Shown here: positions 48,883-58,214 of the stretch, piece by piece
Numbering within the stretch: position 1 is the stretch's first letter
Layout: the number at the start of each line of letters is the position of its first letter
Origin: Oscillospiraceae bacterium
GTDB taxonomy: Bacteria; Bacillota; Clostridia; Oscillospirales; UBA644
DNA length: 64,000 nt
Assembly: GCA_902783255.1 (NCBI GenBank)
Contig: CACZQB010000052.1
Span: forward strand, 41,389 to 105,388
Direction: 5' to 3'
The notes under the pieces: generated by a model
What the model was told of the DNA's origin: nothing
Seen by the model: the letters and a program-made list of their open reading frames with translations, nothing else
The model's database searches: none
Made by a program: the position numbers and the translations under genes

Positions 48883-49061
48883 CAGACTAATCATATTATC
48901 AGATTTTATTGTTTTCTACTGTCAGTAAGAGTTTCGCCTTTGCGGGCGAAAAGAAGCCAGAAAAGCAGCAGATTCAAATAGGCAAAATCAATCAGGTATT
49001 CGCGAAAAGACCTTTTTACTGAGTTACAGGAATTGACCCTGCAATCATTCCGGCTGATTAC

Positions 49062-49112
49062 AAAAAAACAAGGGAGGCAACTTTCTTATAAAGAGCCTCC
49101 CTTAGTATGTTT
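49062..49112. terminator. Bidirectional terminator downstream of the MATE gene
   Basis: Stem AAGGGAGGC / GCCTCCCTT (49070-49103), flanked by AAAAAAA and a downstream T-run. Confidence 0.6.
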
Positions 49113-49124
49113 TTTTTATCGTTA

Positions 49125-50507
49125 TTATTTGTGCCTGCCAAGCGGGTTCCACCGTCCCGAAATGTAGTATACAAGAAACATAAAAAACATTGCCATATTG
49201 TGAAGTATCATACATGTCCATGCCGAAACAAGCCCGAAAGACAAAAGCTGAGTGCAGATAAATGTTCCGACAATGCGAATTCCCCACATGCCTATGATGT
49301 TGCAGATAAACGGCATAACGGTTTTGCCCATTCCCTGCATCATTCCCTCTACTATTATCGAAAAACCGTAAAAAGGCTCTGAAACCGCGACCATACGAAG
49401 AACCGTTGAACCGAGAATGATGACCTCTTCGCTTTTGGAAAAAATACGCATCATGTTCGGCGCAAACGTGAAAAGCAGCGTCCCGGAAATGATCATAAGA
49501 AATATTTCTATCGGTAAGATCATTTTTGAAAGGTCGCGTATTCTTTTTTCGTCTTTTGCACCCAATGCGTTGCCCGCAAGCGTCGCGGCAGCTGTCTGCA
49601 TGCCGTATCCGGGTATGTAAAAAGCTGATTCAACTGTATTTGCTATTGTATGTGCTGCGGTTGAAACCTCCCCGAGTGAATTTACCATTGCGGCAAAACA
49701 TACATATCCGAAGGATGTCGCAAAGCGCTGTATCGCATTGGGCAGCGCGACCCTCAGGCAAGGTCTGAGTATTTTTCCGTCCGGTTTTATTGACTGTCCC
49801 TTAGGCGAAAGCTCCGGATGACGCCACACGACAGCAGTGATGAATGCTCCGCCGAAAACGAAAGATATCGCACTTGCTACGGCAGCGCCTATTACGCCCA
49901 TCCCTGCTCCTGGAATAGTGATCTCAAGCGACAGTATGTTTGCGCTGCGCATTGGATAGATAAGAAAGAAATTCAGCACAACATTTATTATATTTACAAG
50001 TATCCCAACACGCATAGGCGTTTTCGTATCGCCTACGGCACGCAAAACTGTTCCGTAAATGATAGAAGCTGTTCTCGCAAGCATTGGAACATATAATATA
50101 AAAAAGTATTGAGCGGAAATACTGCGTATATTTTCATCGACCTGCATCATCTGCGGAATAAGTTCGCTCAAAGAAAGAGTAAGAACGGTAAAAAGCAGTC
50201 CGCATACGAGAACGGCGAGCGTTGCCTGAGCGGACGCTTTTTTTACGCTTTCTTTATTTCCCGCGCCGTTTGCCTGAGCAATAAATGCCAGAAATCCGAC
50301 GCTTACAGCTGAAATCGTGCTTCCGATCAGCCAGTTTACGGTCGTAGTAGAGCCTACCGCAGCAGTCGCTTCCGTGCCGAGAGAACCCACCATCGCAGTA
50401 TCTATATACTGAACCGCAGTTTGCATAAGCTGTTCAAGCATGGTAGGCCATGCAAGCGATAAAATTACCGGAACAAGCTCAAACGGCAGCCTGAATTTTT
50501 TTGTCAT
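49125..50507 (-). CDS. MATE family efflux transporter
   Basis: 460 aa with 12 hydrophobic helices. N-terminus ILSLAWPTMLEQLMQTAVQYIDTAMVG is typical of the MatE repeat. Confidence 0.9.
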   Translation of the reverse strand: MTKKFRLPFELVPVILSLAWPTMLEQLMQTAVQYIDTAMVGSLGTEATAAVGSTTTVNWLIGSTISAVSVGFLAFIAQANGAGNKESVKKASAQATLAVLVCGLLFTVLTLSLSELIPQMMQVDENIRSISAQYFFILYVPMLARTASIIYGTVLRAVGDTKTPMRVGILVNIINVVLNFFLIYPMRSANILSLEITIPGAGMGVIGAAVASAISFVFGGAFITAVVWRHPELSPKGQSIKPDGKILRPCLRVALPNAIQRFATSFGYVCFAAMVNSLGEVSTAAHTIANTVESAFYIPGYGMQTAAATLAGNALGAKDEKRIRDLSKMILPIEIFLMIISGTLLFTFAPNMMRIFSKSEEVIILGSTVLRMVAVSEPFYGFSIIVEGMMQGMGKTVMPFICNIIGMWGIRIVGTFICTQLLSFGLVSAWTCMILHNMAMFFMFLVYYISGRWNPLGRHK

Positions 50508-50540
50508 TCGTTGTCCTCAATGTTATTATACTTTCAGAAT

Positions 50541-50569
50541 AGTATATCATATTTTTTTTGTTTTTACAA
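50541..50569 (-). promoter_or_regulatory. Candidate promoter for the MATE transporter
   Basis: Reverse strand TTGTAA (50564-50569), 17 nt spacer, TATACT (50541-50546). Confidence 0.4.
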
Positions 50570-50584
50570 GTTGATTTTGACCTA

Positions 50585-50613
50585 TTGAAAAAAATTTCGG
50601 AATGTGGTATTAT
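50585..50613 (+). promoter_or_regulatory. Candidate promoter for the GAF / aldo-keto reductase unit
   Basis: TTGAAA (50585-50590), 17 nt spacer, TATTAT (50608-50613). Confidence 0.45.
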
Positions 50614-50647
50614 ATAGCATATTATTTTATCATAACATGAGGCTCAA

Positions 50648-51097
50648 ATGGATTACGATTTATTATGCCGACAGCTTTCTTCTGTCATATGCGGTGTTCC
50701 TCATCGTACGGCAAACCTCGCAAATGCAGCTGCTCTTCTTTTTTACGGACTTGAAAACATTAACTGGGCGGGATTTTATTTTATCGAGAACGGTATTCTT
50801 GTTCTCGGTCCGTTCCAGGGCAAACACGCCTGCATCGAAATCCCTGTGGGAAAAGGTGTTTGCGGGACTGCAGCGAAAAAAAACGAAACGATACTTGTAA
50901 AAAACGTACACGAATTTCCCGGACATATTGCCTGCGACGCTGCATCGGAGTCGGAGATAGTTATTCCTATAAGACAGCATGGAAAAGTAATAGGCGTTCT
51001 TGATATAGACAGTCCTTTGGAAAACCGCTTTTCTGAGGACGATAAGACCGGACTTGAAGAATTTGCACGGATCATTCAGACCGAAATATTCGGATGA
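50648..51097 (+). CDS. GAF domain protein (free methionine-R-sulfoxide reductase-like)
   Basis: 149 aa. NWAGFY, LGPFQGK.AC..I..GKGVCG.AA and H.FPGHIACD..S.SEIV.PI match the YebR/fRMsr-type GAF pattern as I recall it. Confidence 0.85.
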   Translation: MDYDLLCRQLSSVICGVPHRTANLANAAALLFYGLENINWAGFYFIENGILVLGPFQGKHACIEIPVGKGVCGTAAKKNETILVKNVHEFPGHIACDAASESEIVIPIRQHGKVIGVLDIDSPLENRFSEDDKTGLEEFARIIQTEIFG

Positions 51098-51130
51098 CCA
51101 TTTTGAAATTTGATTTTCGGAGTAAAATAA

Positions 51131-52306
51131 ATGAACTATCGCACCGATAAGTACGGCAATTCGCTTTCAATACTCGGTTTCGGTTGTATGCGCTTTCCGA
51201 AAAAAATGGGCGCAACAGATTTTGCAGAGACCGAGCGTGAGGTGATGCTCGCAATAAATAAAGGCATAAATTATTTCGATACGGCTTACATATATCCGAG
51301 GAGTGAATCTGTTCTCGGTGAGATTCTCGAAAAAAACGGTGTTCGCAATAAAATAAACATTGCAACGAAGCTGCCTCACTATCTGATCAAAAAAAATGAG
51401 GATTTCGAACGAATATTCAACGAAGAACTGAAACGTCTGCGTACCGATCACGTTGATTATTATCTTATGCATATGCTTACCGATATCGACACATGGAAGA
51501 GGCTCGTTTCCCTCGGAGTAGAGGAATGGCTTGCAAAAAAAACAGAATGCGGACAGATAAAACAGGTCGGCTTTTCTTATCACGGCAATTCCGATATGTT
51601 CTGTACGCTTGTTGACGCTCGAAACTGGGATTTTTGTATGATCCAGTATAATTATATGGACGAAAACACACAGGCAGGACGCAGAGGCCTTGAATATGCG
51701 AATAAAAAGGGGCTGCCCGTAATGATCATGGAGCCGCTTCGCGGCGGAAAGCTCGCAAATCCGCCCGAAAATGCAAAAAAGATCATGGAAAGGTATATCC
51801 CTTCACATACTCCTGCCCAGTGGTCTTTTCTCTGGCTCTGGGATCAGCCTGAGGTCACCGTAGTTCTATCGGGAATGAATTCCGAGCAGATGATCCTTGA
51901 CAATGTTGCCACGGCATCTTCGGCAAAAACAGGCTTTATGGGTGACGCTGAAAGGGCAATGCTTGCTGATGTTGTAAAAGCAATCAATTCAAAAATCAAA
52001 GTCGGCTGCACGGGATGCGGCTACTGCGTGCCGTGTCCGAAAAATGTGGATATTCCGGGAACATTTGCCGCATATAACAGGGCAAAAAGCGAGGGAAAAA
52101 TTCCCGGCCTGATCGATTATTTTATGTGCACGGCTCTTCGCCCGACTTCGACTGCCGCTTCACAGTGCGTAGGCTGCGGAAAATGCGAAAAACACTGTCC
52201 TCAGAAAATTGAGATACGCAAACAACTGAAAGAAGCTTCAAAGTATCTTGAAGGTCCTCTTTATAAAACAGCAAGAAAAGTGGCAAAAATATTCGTGAAA
52301 ATGTAA
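51131..52306 (+). CDS. Aldo/keto reductase with C-terminal 4Fe-4S ferredoxin-type domain (paralog of 2436-3575)
   Basis: LGFGCMRFP, FDTAYIY, MEPLRGG, and the clusters CTGCGYCVPCP and CVGCGKCEKHCP. Confidence 0.9.
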   Translation: MNYRTDKYGNSLSILGFGCMRFPKKMGATDFAETEREVMLAINKGINYFDTAYIYPRSESVLGEILEKNGVRNKINIATKLPHYLIKKNEDFERIFNEELKRLRTDHVDYYLMHMLTDIDTWKRLVSLGVEEWLAKKTECGQIKQVGFSYHGNSDMFCTLVDARNWDFCMIQYNYMDENTQAGRRGLEYANKKGLPVMIMEPLRGGKLANPPENAKKIMERYIPSHTPAQWSFLWLWDQPEVTVVLSGMNSEQMILDNVATASSAKTGFMGDAERAMLADVVKAINSKIKVGCTGCGYCVPCPKNVDIPGTFAAYNRAKSEGKIPGLIDYFMCTALRPTSTAASQCVGCGKCEKHCPQKIEIRKQLKEASKYLEGPLYKTARKVAKIFVKM

Positions 52307-52340
52307 AAGGACTTTTTGTATCTGAAAATATAATGCATAA

Positions 52341-52373
52341 ACCCTCAACCTCTGTATACCGGAGGCTGAGGGT
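52341..52373 (+). terminator. Candidate terminator after aldo/keto reductase 51131-52306
   Basis: Stem ACCCTCAaCCTC / GAGGcTGAGGGT with one mismatch and a weak T-tail. Confidence 0.4.
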
Positions 52374-52541
52374 ATTATATATTCGGGTGTTGTTGAATTG
52401 TATTGATTTTTAAACCTTGCGCTGACATTTTTCTTCCGTCTGGCTATGCAGGTTTTGGCATTACGCTTTGTCTGTAAAGTTAACGCTGATTATTTCCGAA
52501 AAACAACTGCAAAAGCGATCCGGTATTCTGCCGGCAGCAGT

Positions 52542-52582
52542 AAAAGCTCAATGGCTCGCTGTTTAAGCGCAGAGCTTTTTTG
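52542..52582. terminator. Candidate terminator downstream of zinc-ribbon gene 52607-53275
   Basis: AAAAGCTC / GAGCTTTT 8-bp stem with a long 22-nt loop and T-runs on both strands. Confidence 0.3.
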
Positions 52583-52606
52583 ATCATTGCGTAATGGTTT
52601 ATTCAG

Positions 52607-53275
52607 CTAACGGATCATGCTGTGATAAGATATTACGACCGGAGCATTTTTGGGAAATCTCTTGCCGCCGGAAGTGACAGTCTGACCGTTTACGGTTATT
52701 GATTCTACCATTCCGGGCCTTTTTAATAATCCTATAGCCAGATCATTGAGAGGGACGCATCTGACATTTGTAAAACCCGCGCTCTCAAACATTGCCGCAA
52801 TTGCGTTGTAATCTTTTTTCGCAAAATCAGAGACTGAAGACGGAACTCTTGCTTTATCTTCTGAGTTTAAATCCTCTTCATCTTTTAATATGGATATCCA
52901 TAAAAATCCAGCGGCACAAAGAGAAAAAATACCCATTATCGCAAGTATGAACAGCCATGAATTGGAATCGCCCGAAGCATGTCCGGCGGCAAAACCGATT
53001 AAAATCATCATCACGCCGGCAATCGCAAAAATCAGAGATAGTTTGATCTTCAGAGCTTTTGTTTTTAATGCATCGGCATATTTTCTGTCGGCAAGCTCCA
53101 TCTGTTTCATACGGACTATACGATCTGTTTCCGCTTGTTTAACGCTTGCCTCGTTTTCATTGTGCAGTAAGACCTTCGAGCCGCAATATTCGCAACAAAC
53201 TTCTTTACAGTCTTCTTCAATGTTGAGCGAAGCTCCGCAATTAGGGCATTGTGCCCGGATAAGATTGACAGCCAT
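52607..53275 (-). CDS. Zinc-ribbon membrane protein (Zn ribbon, coiled segment, 2 TM helices, small C-terminal domain)
   Basis: CPNCG...CEYCG at the N-terminus with RBS ggaaggg. Two hydrophobic helices (LSLIFAIAGVMMILIGFAAG, LFILAIMGIFSLCAAGFLWISIL). The C-terminal roughly 90 aa look PASTA-like or like a small alpha/beta domain. Confidence 0.7.
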   Translation of the reverse strand: MAVNLIRAQCPNCGASLNIEEDCKEVCCEYCGSKVLLHNENEASVKQAETDRIVRMKQMELADRKYADALKTKALKIKLSLIFAIAGVMMILIGFAAGHASGDSNSWLFILAIMGIFSLCAAGFLWISILKDEEDLNSEDKARVPSSVSDFAKKDYNAIAAMFESAGFTNVRCVPLNDLAIGLLKRPGMVESITVNGQTVTSGGKRFPKNAPVVISYHSMIR

Positions 53276-53368
53276 ATTTCCCTTCCTGTAATTAATTCTT
53301 TTATGCTTTCCTGAAAAGACATTTATGCAGTATCGATTTGTGGTAAATTTAAGTATTCAGATTCGTTG

Positions 53369-54091
53369 CTATTTCCAGATATAATACCTGATTTTAATTT
53401 TAATTGCTCTTTCTCCTGATTTTGAATTTCCAATCGAAATGTTTTCGATTTTAACCTTTTCGCCGTATTTTTCTCCGACAGCAGAGTCAACGATATCGGC
53501 AATTATATCGTCGGCGCCTATATATTCGAGCGTTTCTCTGCCCAGCGAAAGTCCTGATACCGAAACGGAGCCTATGCCCGCCGTTATTCTGCCGTCTTTC
53601 ACTGACGGGTCTGCAGTAACGGAAAGATCGATGTTGTCAGGTAAAAACAACATTATCAACGGCGGCAGTTCAGTGCCGAAAAGATCTGAAAGGCTGCTTT
53701 TTTCAACCTGTCCTTCGATCATCGCTCCGCCGCTTTCGGGAAGAGAGATCACAACGTTTTTCAAAGGAAGCATTTTTCCCTCATACTGCTTTACAATTGT
53801 GTTTAGTTCGCTTTGAGTAAATTCAATTTCTACAGGAATTTCAGTTACTTCCTTCAGCCTTTCCGCAGCAATTTCAGCGACATGAGGTGTTTTAATCGAA
53901 ATATCGGTCGATGTTTTGCCTATGTGAATTCCGCAAAAGAGCGCAAAAACAGGAAGTAAGAGAGCAACGATAACACAAAGCGCGGCTATAACGATCCTTT
54001 TTATTTTTGTTTTTCCCGTAAAAGCATGGCCGCATGAAAAACAGAATCGGGAATCATCGGGTATTTCTGTGCCGCATTTTTTACAGATCAT
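53369..54091 (-). CDS. Zinc-ribbon membrane protein with extracytoplasmic domain
   Basis: MICKKCGTEIPDDSRFCFSCG zinc ribbon, one TM helix (IVIAALCVIVALLLPVFALFCGI), then about 170 aa of external domain. Promoter at 54128-54156. Confidence 0.7.
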   Translation of the reverse strand: MICKKCGTEIPDDSRFCFSCGHAFTGKTKIKRIVIAALCVIVALLLPVFALFCGIHIGKTSTDISIKTPHVAEIAAERLKEVTEIPVEIEFTQSELNTIVKQYEGKMLPLKNVVISLPESGGAMIEGQVEKSSLSDLFGTELPPLIMLFLPDNIDLSVTADPSVKDGRITAGIGSVSVSGLSLGRETLEYIGADDIIADIVDSAVGEKYGEKVKIENISIGNSKSGERAIKIKIRYYIWK

Positions 54092-54127
54092 AATTATTAT
54101 TTCCTTACACTACTGATGATTATTTAC

Positions 54128-54156
54128 ATTATACACATAAAGGGGGTGACGGTCAA
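54128..54156 (-). promoter_or_regulatory. Sigma-A-type promoter for the zinc-ribbon gene pair
   Basis: Reverse strand TTGACC (54151-54156), 17 nt spacer, TATAAT (54128-54133). Confidence 0.5.
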
Positions 54157-54229
54157 GGATATTTTCTTTAAAATTTGTGGCAAAACAGTGAACATATACG
54201 GTTTCCTATAATTAATTGCCTCAAAAAAC

Positions 54230-54258
54230 TTGACAAACCTTGAAAAAAGGATTACAAT
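54230..54258 (+). promoter_or_regulatory. Sigma-A-type promoter for yicC-remA-rpoZ-priA...
   Basis: TTGACA (54230-54235), 17 nt spacer, TACAAT (54253-54258). Confidence 0.55.
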
Positions 54259-54341
54259 ATATAATGATATATTATTACTGTAAGTATGTATTTTCTGTCA
54301 TTTTAAATTTCGGAAATCATATTATATCGGGAGGTATTGTT

Positions 54342-55223
54342 TTGGTCAAAAGCATGACAGGCTTCGGAAGGGCCTCCGCAGTTGCGGACGGTGTTGCGAT
54401 TACGGTAGAGATCAAATCCGTAAATCACCGCTACCTCGAGCTGAACGCACGCATTCCGAGAGCATATATGCAGCTTGAAGATAATATTCGTTCATATATC
54501 TCAACGCGTCTTTCAAGAGGCAAACTCGATTTGAATTTAAATCTCGATTTTTCTGCTGCTGAGAGCAATAAAAAAGTTTCAGTAGATAAAAAACTGCTGA
54601 AAAACTATCTTGACGAGATGTCGGCTGTTGCTGAAGAGTTCGGACTTACAAACGATATTTCTGCAAGCACCGTTCTTCGTTTGCCCGATGTCGTTACAGT
54701 CTCGCAGGATGAAACCGACTCATCGCAGATGTGGCTTTCCGTAAAACCGGTCCTTGAAGAGGCAGTCGATGCGCTTTTAAAACAGCGTGAGGCTGAAGGC
54801 ACCCGTCTTTGTGCTGATATTTCAGCAAAACTCGAAACAATAAAGGATCGTGTTGCCGTAATAAACGCAAGAGTACCTGTTTTGACGGAAGAATATGCCT
54901 CAAAGCTTAGAAAGCGCATAGAAAAAATACTCGGCAGCGCCGATGTTGACGAACAGCGTCTTCTTACCGAGGTTGCTATTATGGCGGATAAAACCGCGAT
55001 TGACGAAGAGGTCGTCCGTTTGGGGTCACACGCAGCAGCTCTTGAAGAAGCTCTTTGCGCAGATAAACCGATAGGCAAATACATCGATAATTCTATACAG
55101 GAAATGAACCGTGAGGTAAACACCATTTCTTCAAAAATAGGTGATCTTGAAGTTACCCGCATAGTTCTTGAGCTTAAATCGATAATCGAGCAGATAAGAG
55201 AACAGATACAGAATATAGAGTGA
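54342..55223 (+). CDS. yicC: YicC/YloC family stress-induced protein (endoribonuclease family)
   Basis: TTG start (RBS gggagg 7 nt upstream) gives [10 protein letters not shown], matching the B. subtilis YloC opening. C-terminus [11 protein letters not shown]. The track start at 54240 lies inside promoter 54230-54258. Confidence 0.88.
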   Translation: MVKSMTGFGRASAVADGVAITVEIKSVNHRYLELNARIPRAYMQLEDNIRSYISTRLSRGKLDLNLNLDFSAAESNKKVSVDKKLLKNYLDEMSAVAEEFGLTNDISASTVLRLPDVVTVSQDETDSSQMWLSVKPVLEEAVDALLKQREAEGTRLCADISAKLETIKDRVAVINARVPVLTEEYASKLRKRIEKILGSADVDEQRLLTEVAIMADKTAIDEEVVRLGSHAAALEEALCADKPIGKYIDNSIQEMNREVNTISSKIGDLEVTRIVLELKSIIEQIREQIQNIE

Positions 55224-55227
55224 TTTT

Positions 55228-55473
55228 ATGAAACTTATAAATATCGGTTACGGCAACAGTATTGCCGACAACAGAATAATTGCCGTCATCTCGCCCGATT
55301 CCTCCCCGGTAAAACGAATAATAGCCGATGCGCGGGAAAAAGGTTTTCTTGTAGATGCCACATACGGCCGCAAAACAAAATCAGTTATCGTAACAGACAG
55401 TTCGCACGTCGTGCTCAGCGCAGTATCGCCTGAAACGATAAGCGGACGTATAAATGAAAATATCGGAGAATGA
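55228..55473 (+). CDS. remA: RemA/DUF370 family regulator
   Basis: [12 protein letters not shown]...[18 protein letters not shown].....L.DAT.GR.T.SVI..DS.HV.LSA matches RemA closely. Confidence 0.88.
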   Translation: MKLINIGYGNSIADNRIIAVISPDSSPVKRIIADAREKGFLVDATYGRKTKSVIVTDSSHVVLSAVSPETISGRINENIGE

Positions 55474-55498
55474 TCCGAATTAAAACAGGAGAAGTAAT

Positions 55499-55702
55499 AT
55501 GTTGTATCCAAGTGTAAACGATCTTATTAAAGGCGACCACAGATGCCGCTACTCGCTTGTTATTGCCGTTGCAAAACAGGCACGTTATCTTGCCGAAAAA
55601 GCGGAAGAAAACGGTGAAAAACTCGAAGAAAAGCCTATAAAGCAGGCGGTAATGTCTTTTGCAAACGGAAAGGCAACATACAGAGAGCATGTTGAAGGAT
55701 GA
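55499..55702 (+). CDS. rpoZ: DNA-directed RNA polymerase subunit omega
   Basis: 67 aa. MLYPSVNDLI...RYSLVIAVAKQAR follows the RpoZ pattern (P S I D . L ... K Y . L V . . . A . R A R). Conserved position after remA. Confidence 0.85.
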   Translation: MLYPSVNDLIKGDHRCRYSLVIAVAKQARYLAEKAEENGEKLEEKPIKQAVMSFANGKATYREHVEG

Positions 55703-57734
55703 CATTCCTCTTTATGCACTTGTTGCGATAAAAGGACTTCCGATCTCTGCAGACGGACTTTTTACATATATCATTCCGAAAGAACTTGTGCCGTCTGTCA
55801 GGGCAGGACTTCTTTGCTCCGTTCCGTTCGGCAGGATCAAAGAGGCGCAAGGCATGATTATTTCCTTGTCCGAAAAAACCGATGTTCCTTCCGATAAGAT
55901 CAGACCGATCATATCTCTCGGAACCGACGAAACGGATATATCGTCGCTTTCAGAATTCAGATTGAGTCTCGCCTTATATATAAAGGAGCGCTATTTCTGC
56001 ACTTATTGGGATGCAGTTTCGCTCGTTCTGCCTTTCGGAAAAATGAAAACGAGAAAAAGACAGACAAAAATAAAAGACCCTCTTTCGGACATTGAAAGAC
56101 ATCAGTCGGAATCAGTCGTTCTTAACCCTGAACAGCAGAAAGCTTACGATGAAATAAAAAAAGGATTTTCGAGCGGCAGAGCGCATCTTCTTTTCGGAGT
56201 TACGGGAAGCGGCAAAACGCTTGTTTATATAAAACTAATAGACGATGTTTTGTCTGCCGGCAAAACCGCATTGCTGCTTGTTCCCGAAATCGCATTGACT
56301 TATCAGATAGTTTCAAGGCTGTATGACCGTTACGGAAAAAGTCTTGCCGTTCTTCACAGTGCTCTTACCCCTGCCGAAAGGCGTGAAACATTCAGACTGA
56401 TAGCAAACGGTCAAAAGAAAATTGTCGTCGGCACTCGCTCCGCGCTTTTTGCTCCGATAAACGATCCCGGAATCATTATCATAGACGAAGAGCAGGAGGG
56501 GACATACAAATCCGAAATGACGCCTAAGTATTCGGCGCGTGAAGTGGCAGCTTTTATAGTAAAAAAGTCAAATTCTCTTCTTCTGATAGCCTCAGCCACT
56601 CCGTCATTTGAAGCATACCGCCTTGCTGAGTCTGAAAAAATCGGCTTTTCCGCAATAAAAGAACGCTATAACGGCGGTCCTTTGCCGAAAGTTTTGCTTG
56701 TTGATATGCACGACGAAATTTCGGAAGGCAATTCAACGCCCTTTAGCTCACTGCTTGTATCCGAAATATCGCAAAACCTTAAAAACGGAGAACAAACCGT
56801 TTTATTTATGAATCACAGAGGTTATAACACCTTTGTCAGCTGTCTTGACTGCGGAGAACCAGTTGTATGTCCTTATTGCGGCGTAACGATGCCGTATCAC
56901 AAAAAAAATGAGCGGCTTGTATGTCACTATTGCGGTTATTCTATCCCGGTTCCTTCAAAATGTCCGAAATGCGGCGGCGAAACGATGAAATACTCGGGAA
57001 TTGGCACACAAAAGGCAGAAGAAGATCTTGCGGCTATCTTTCCCGAGGCAAAAATACTCAGGATGGATGCTGATACCGTTTCCGAAAAAGGAAGCAGAAA
57101 TGAAATTCTTTCTGCATTTTCACGCGGTGAATGCGATATCCTTCTTGGCACGCAGATGATAACAAAAGGACTCGATTTCCCGAATGTCACTCTTGTAGGC
57201 GTGCTTCTTGCCGATACTATGCTGTTTTCTTCGGATTTCAGAGCATTTGAAAAAACATTTTCGTTAATGACGCAAGTTGTGGGCAGGGCAGGCAGATCGC
57301 AAAAAACAGGCAGAGCGATAATCCAGTCGTTTTATCCGGAACACCGTGTTTTCAGGTATGCGCTCGATCAGGATTACGCAGGTTTTTACAGAAACGAGAC
57401 TGCATTCAGAAAAACGATGCTGTATCCTCCGTTTTGCGATATATGTCAGGTTTCTTTTATCGCGCCCACCGAAAGCAAGGCTTTTGATGCCGCTGAAAGA
57501 TTTGAAAACGAACTGCGGAATGCTCAGGGAGATATGCCGCTTCGCGTTATCCCCGCAAAGGCAACGCATGTTCCCATGGTTGAAACGAAACCGCGTGTAA
57601 GGATACTTCTTAAATGCATCGATAATCGCAGTCAGAGGAAAATTCTTTCAGATGTATATTTATCATTTATAAAAAATCCGGCGAATAAAGAAATTCGCAT
57701 CGATATAGACATGAACCCGGCAAACATCGGGTAA
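55689..57734 (+). CDS. priA: Primosomal protein N' (replication restart helicase)
   Basis: Walker A GVTGSGKT, DEEQ box, and the Cys-rich zinc module CLDCG..VVCPYCG....H....L.CHYCG......CPKCG. Start at MLKDDIP overlaps the rpoZ 3' end. Confidence 0.92.
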   Translation: MLKDDIPLYALVAIKGLPISADGLFTYIIPKELVPSVRAGLLCSVPFGRIKEAQGMIISLSEKTDVPSDKIRPIISLGTDETDISSLSEFRLSLALYIKERYFCTYWDAVSLVLPFGKMKTRKRQTKIKDPLSDIERHQSESVVLNPEQQKAYDEIKKGFSSGRAHLLFGVTGSGKTLVYIKLIDDVLSAGKTALLLVPEIALTYQIVSRLYDRYGKSLAVLHSALTPAERRETFRLIANGQKKIVVGTRSALFAPINDPGIIIIDEEQEGTYKSEMTPKYSAREVAAFIVKKSNSLLLIASATPSFEAYRLAESEKIGFSAIKERYNGGPLPKVLLVDMHDEISEGNSTPFSSLLVSEISQNLKNGEQTVLFMNHRGYNTFVSCLDCGEPVVCPYCGVTMPYHKKNERLVCHYCGYSIPVPSKCPKCGGETMKYSGIGTQKAEEDLAAIFPEAKILRMDADTVSEKGSRNEILSAFSRGECDILLGTQMITKGLDFPNVTLVGVLLADTMLFSSDFRAFEKTFSLMTQVVGRAGRSQKTGRAIIQSFYPEHRVFRYALDQDYAGFYRNETAFRKTMLYPPFCDICQVSFIAPTESKAFDAAERFENELRNAQGDMPLRVIPAKATHVPMVETKPRVRILLKCIDNRSQRKILSDVYLSFIKNPANKEIRIDIDMNPANIG

Positions 57735-57749
57735 ACAGGAGTATTGAAA

Positions 57750-58214
57750 ATGGCACTTCGCGAAATAGTAAAGGAAGGATATGAAAGCCTTTCTAAAATA
57801 TCAAAACCGGTCACAACATTTGATTCCCGTCTTGAACTGCTTATAAAGGATATGAAAGATACTCTTACGAACGCAGACGGGCTTGGACTTGCTGCGCCTC
57901 AGATAGGCGTGCTCCGCCGTGTTATAGTTATTGTAGATGGTGAAACCGAGCAGCTTGTTGCGCTTGTAAACCCCGAAATAACAAATGCAAGCGGAACACA
58001 GAATGCAACCGAAGGCTGTCTTTCCGTTCCGGGAGTATGGGGACGAACCGAAAGACCTGCAGAGGTAACGGTAAAAGCTCAGGATTCAAAAGGCGAATGG
58101 TTCGAAATAACAAGAACAGGCATTACGGCGGTTTGTCTTTGCCATGAAATAGATCATCTTAACGGAATTCTTTTCCGTGAACATGTTATAGAATACGTAG
58201 AGGAAAAAGACTGA
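57750..58214 (+). CDS. def: Peptide deformylase
   Basis: GLGLAAPQIG, EGCLSVPG and HEIDHLNG motifs. ATG 57750 is preferred (RBS aggag 9 nt upstream) over TTG 57744. Confidence 0.93.
   Translation: MALREIVKEGYESLSKISKPVTTFDSRLELLIKDMKDTLTNADGLGLAAPQIGVLRRVIVIVDGETEQLVALVNPEITNASGTQNATEGCLSVPGVWGRTERPAEVTVKAQDSKGEWFEITRTGITAVCLCHEIDHLNGILFREHVIEYVEEKD

Noticed and set aside
52374-52606. A 230-nt ORF-free gap between convergent genes, containing a 10-bp palindrome CTGCCGGCAG. I considered an sRNA or a mobile-element scar.
   Set aside because: I could find no promoter, no conserved-looking structure beyond two weak terminator candidates, and no repeats matching elsewhere in the window.
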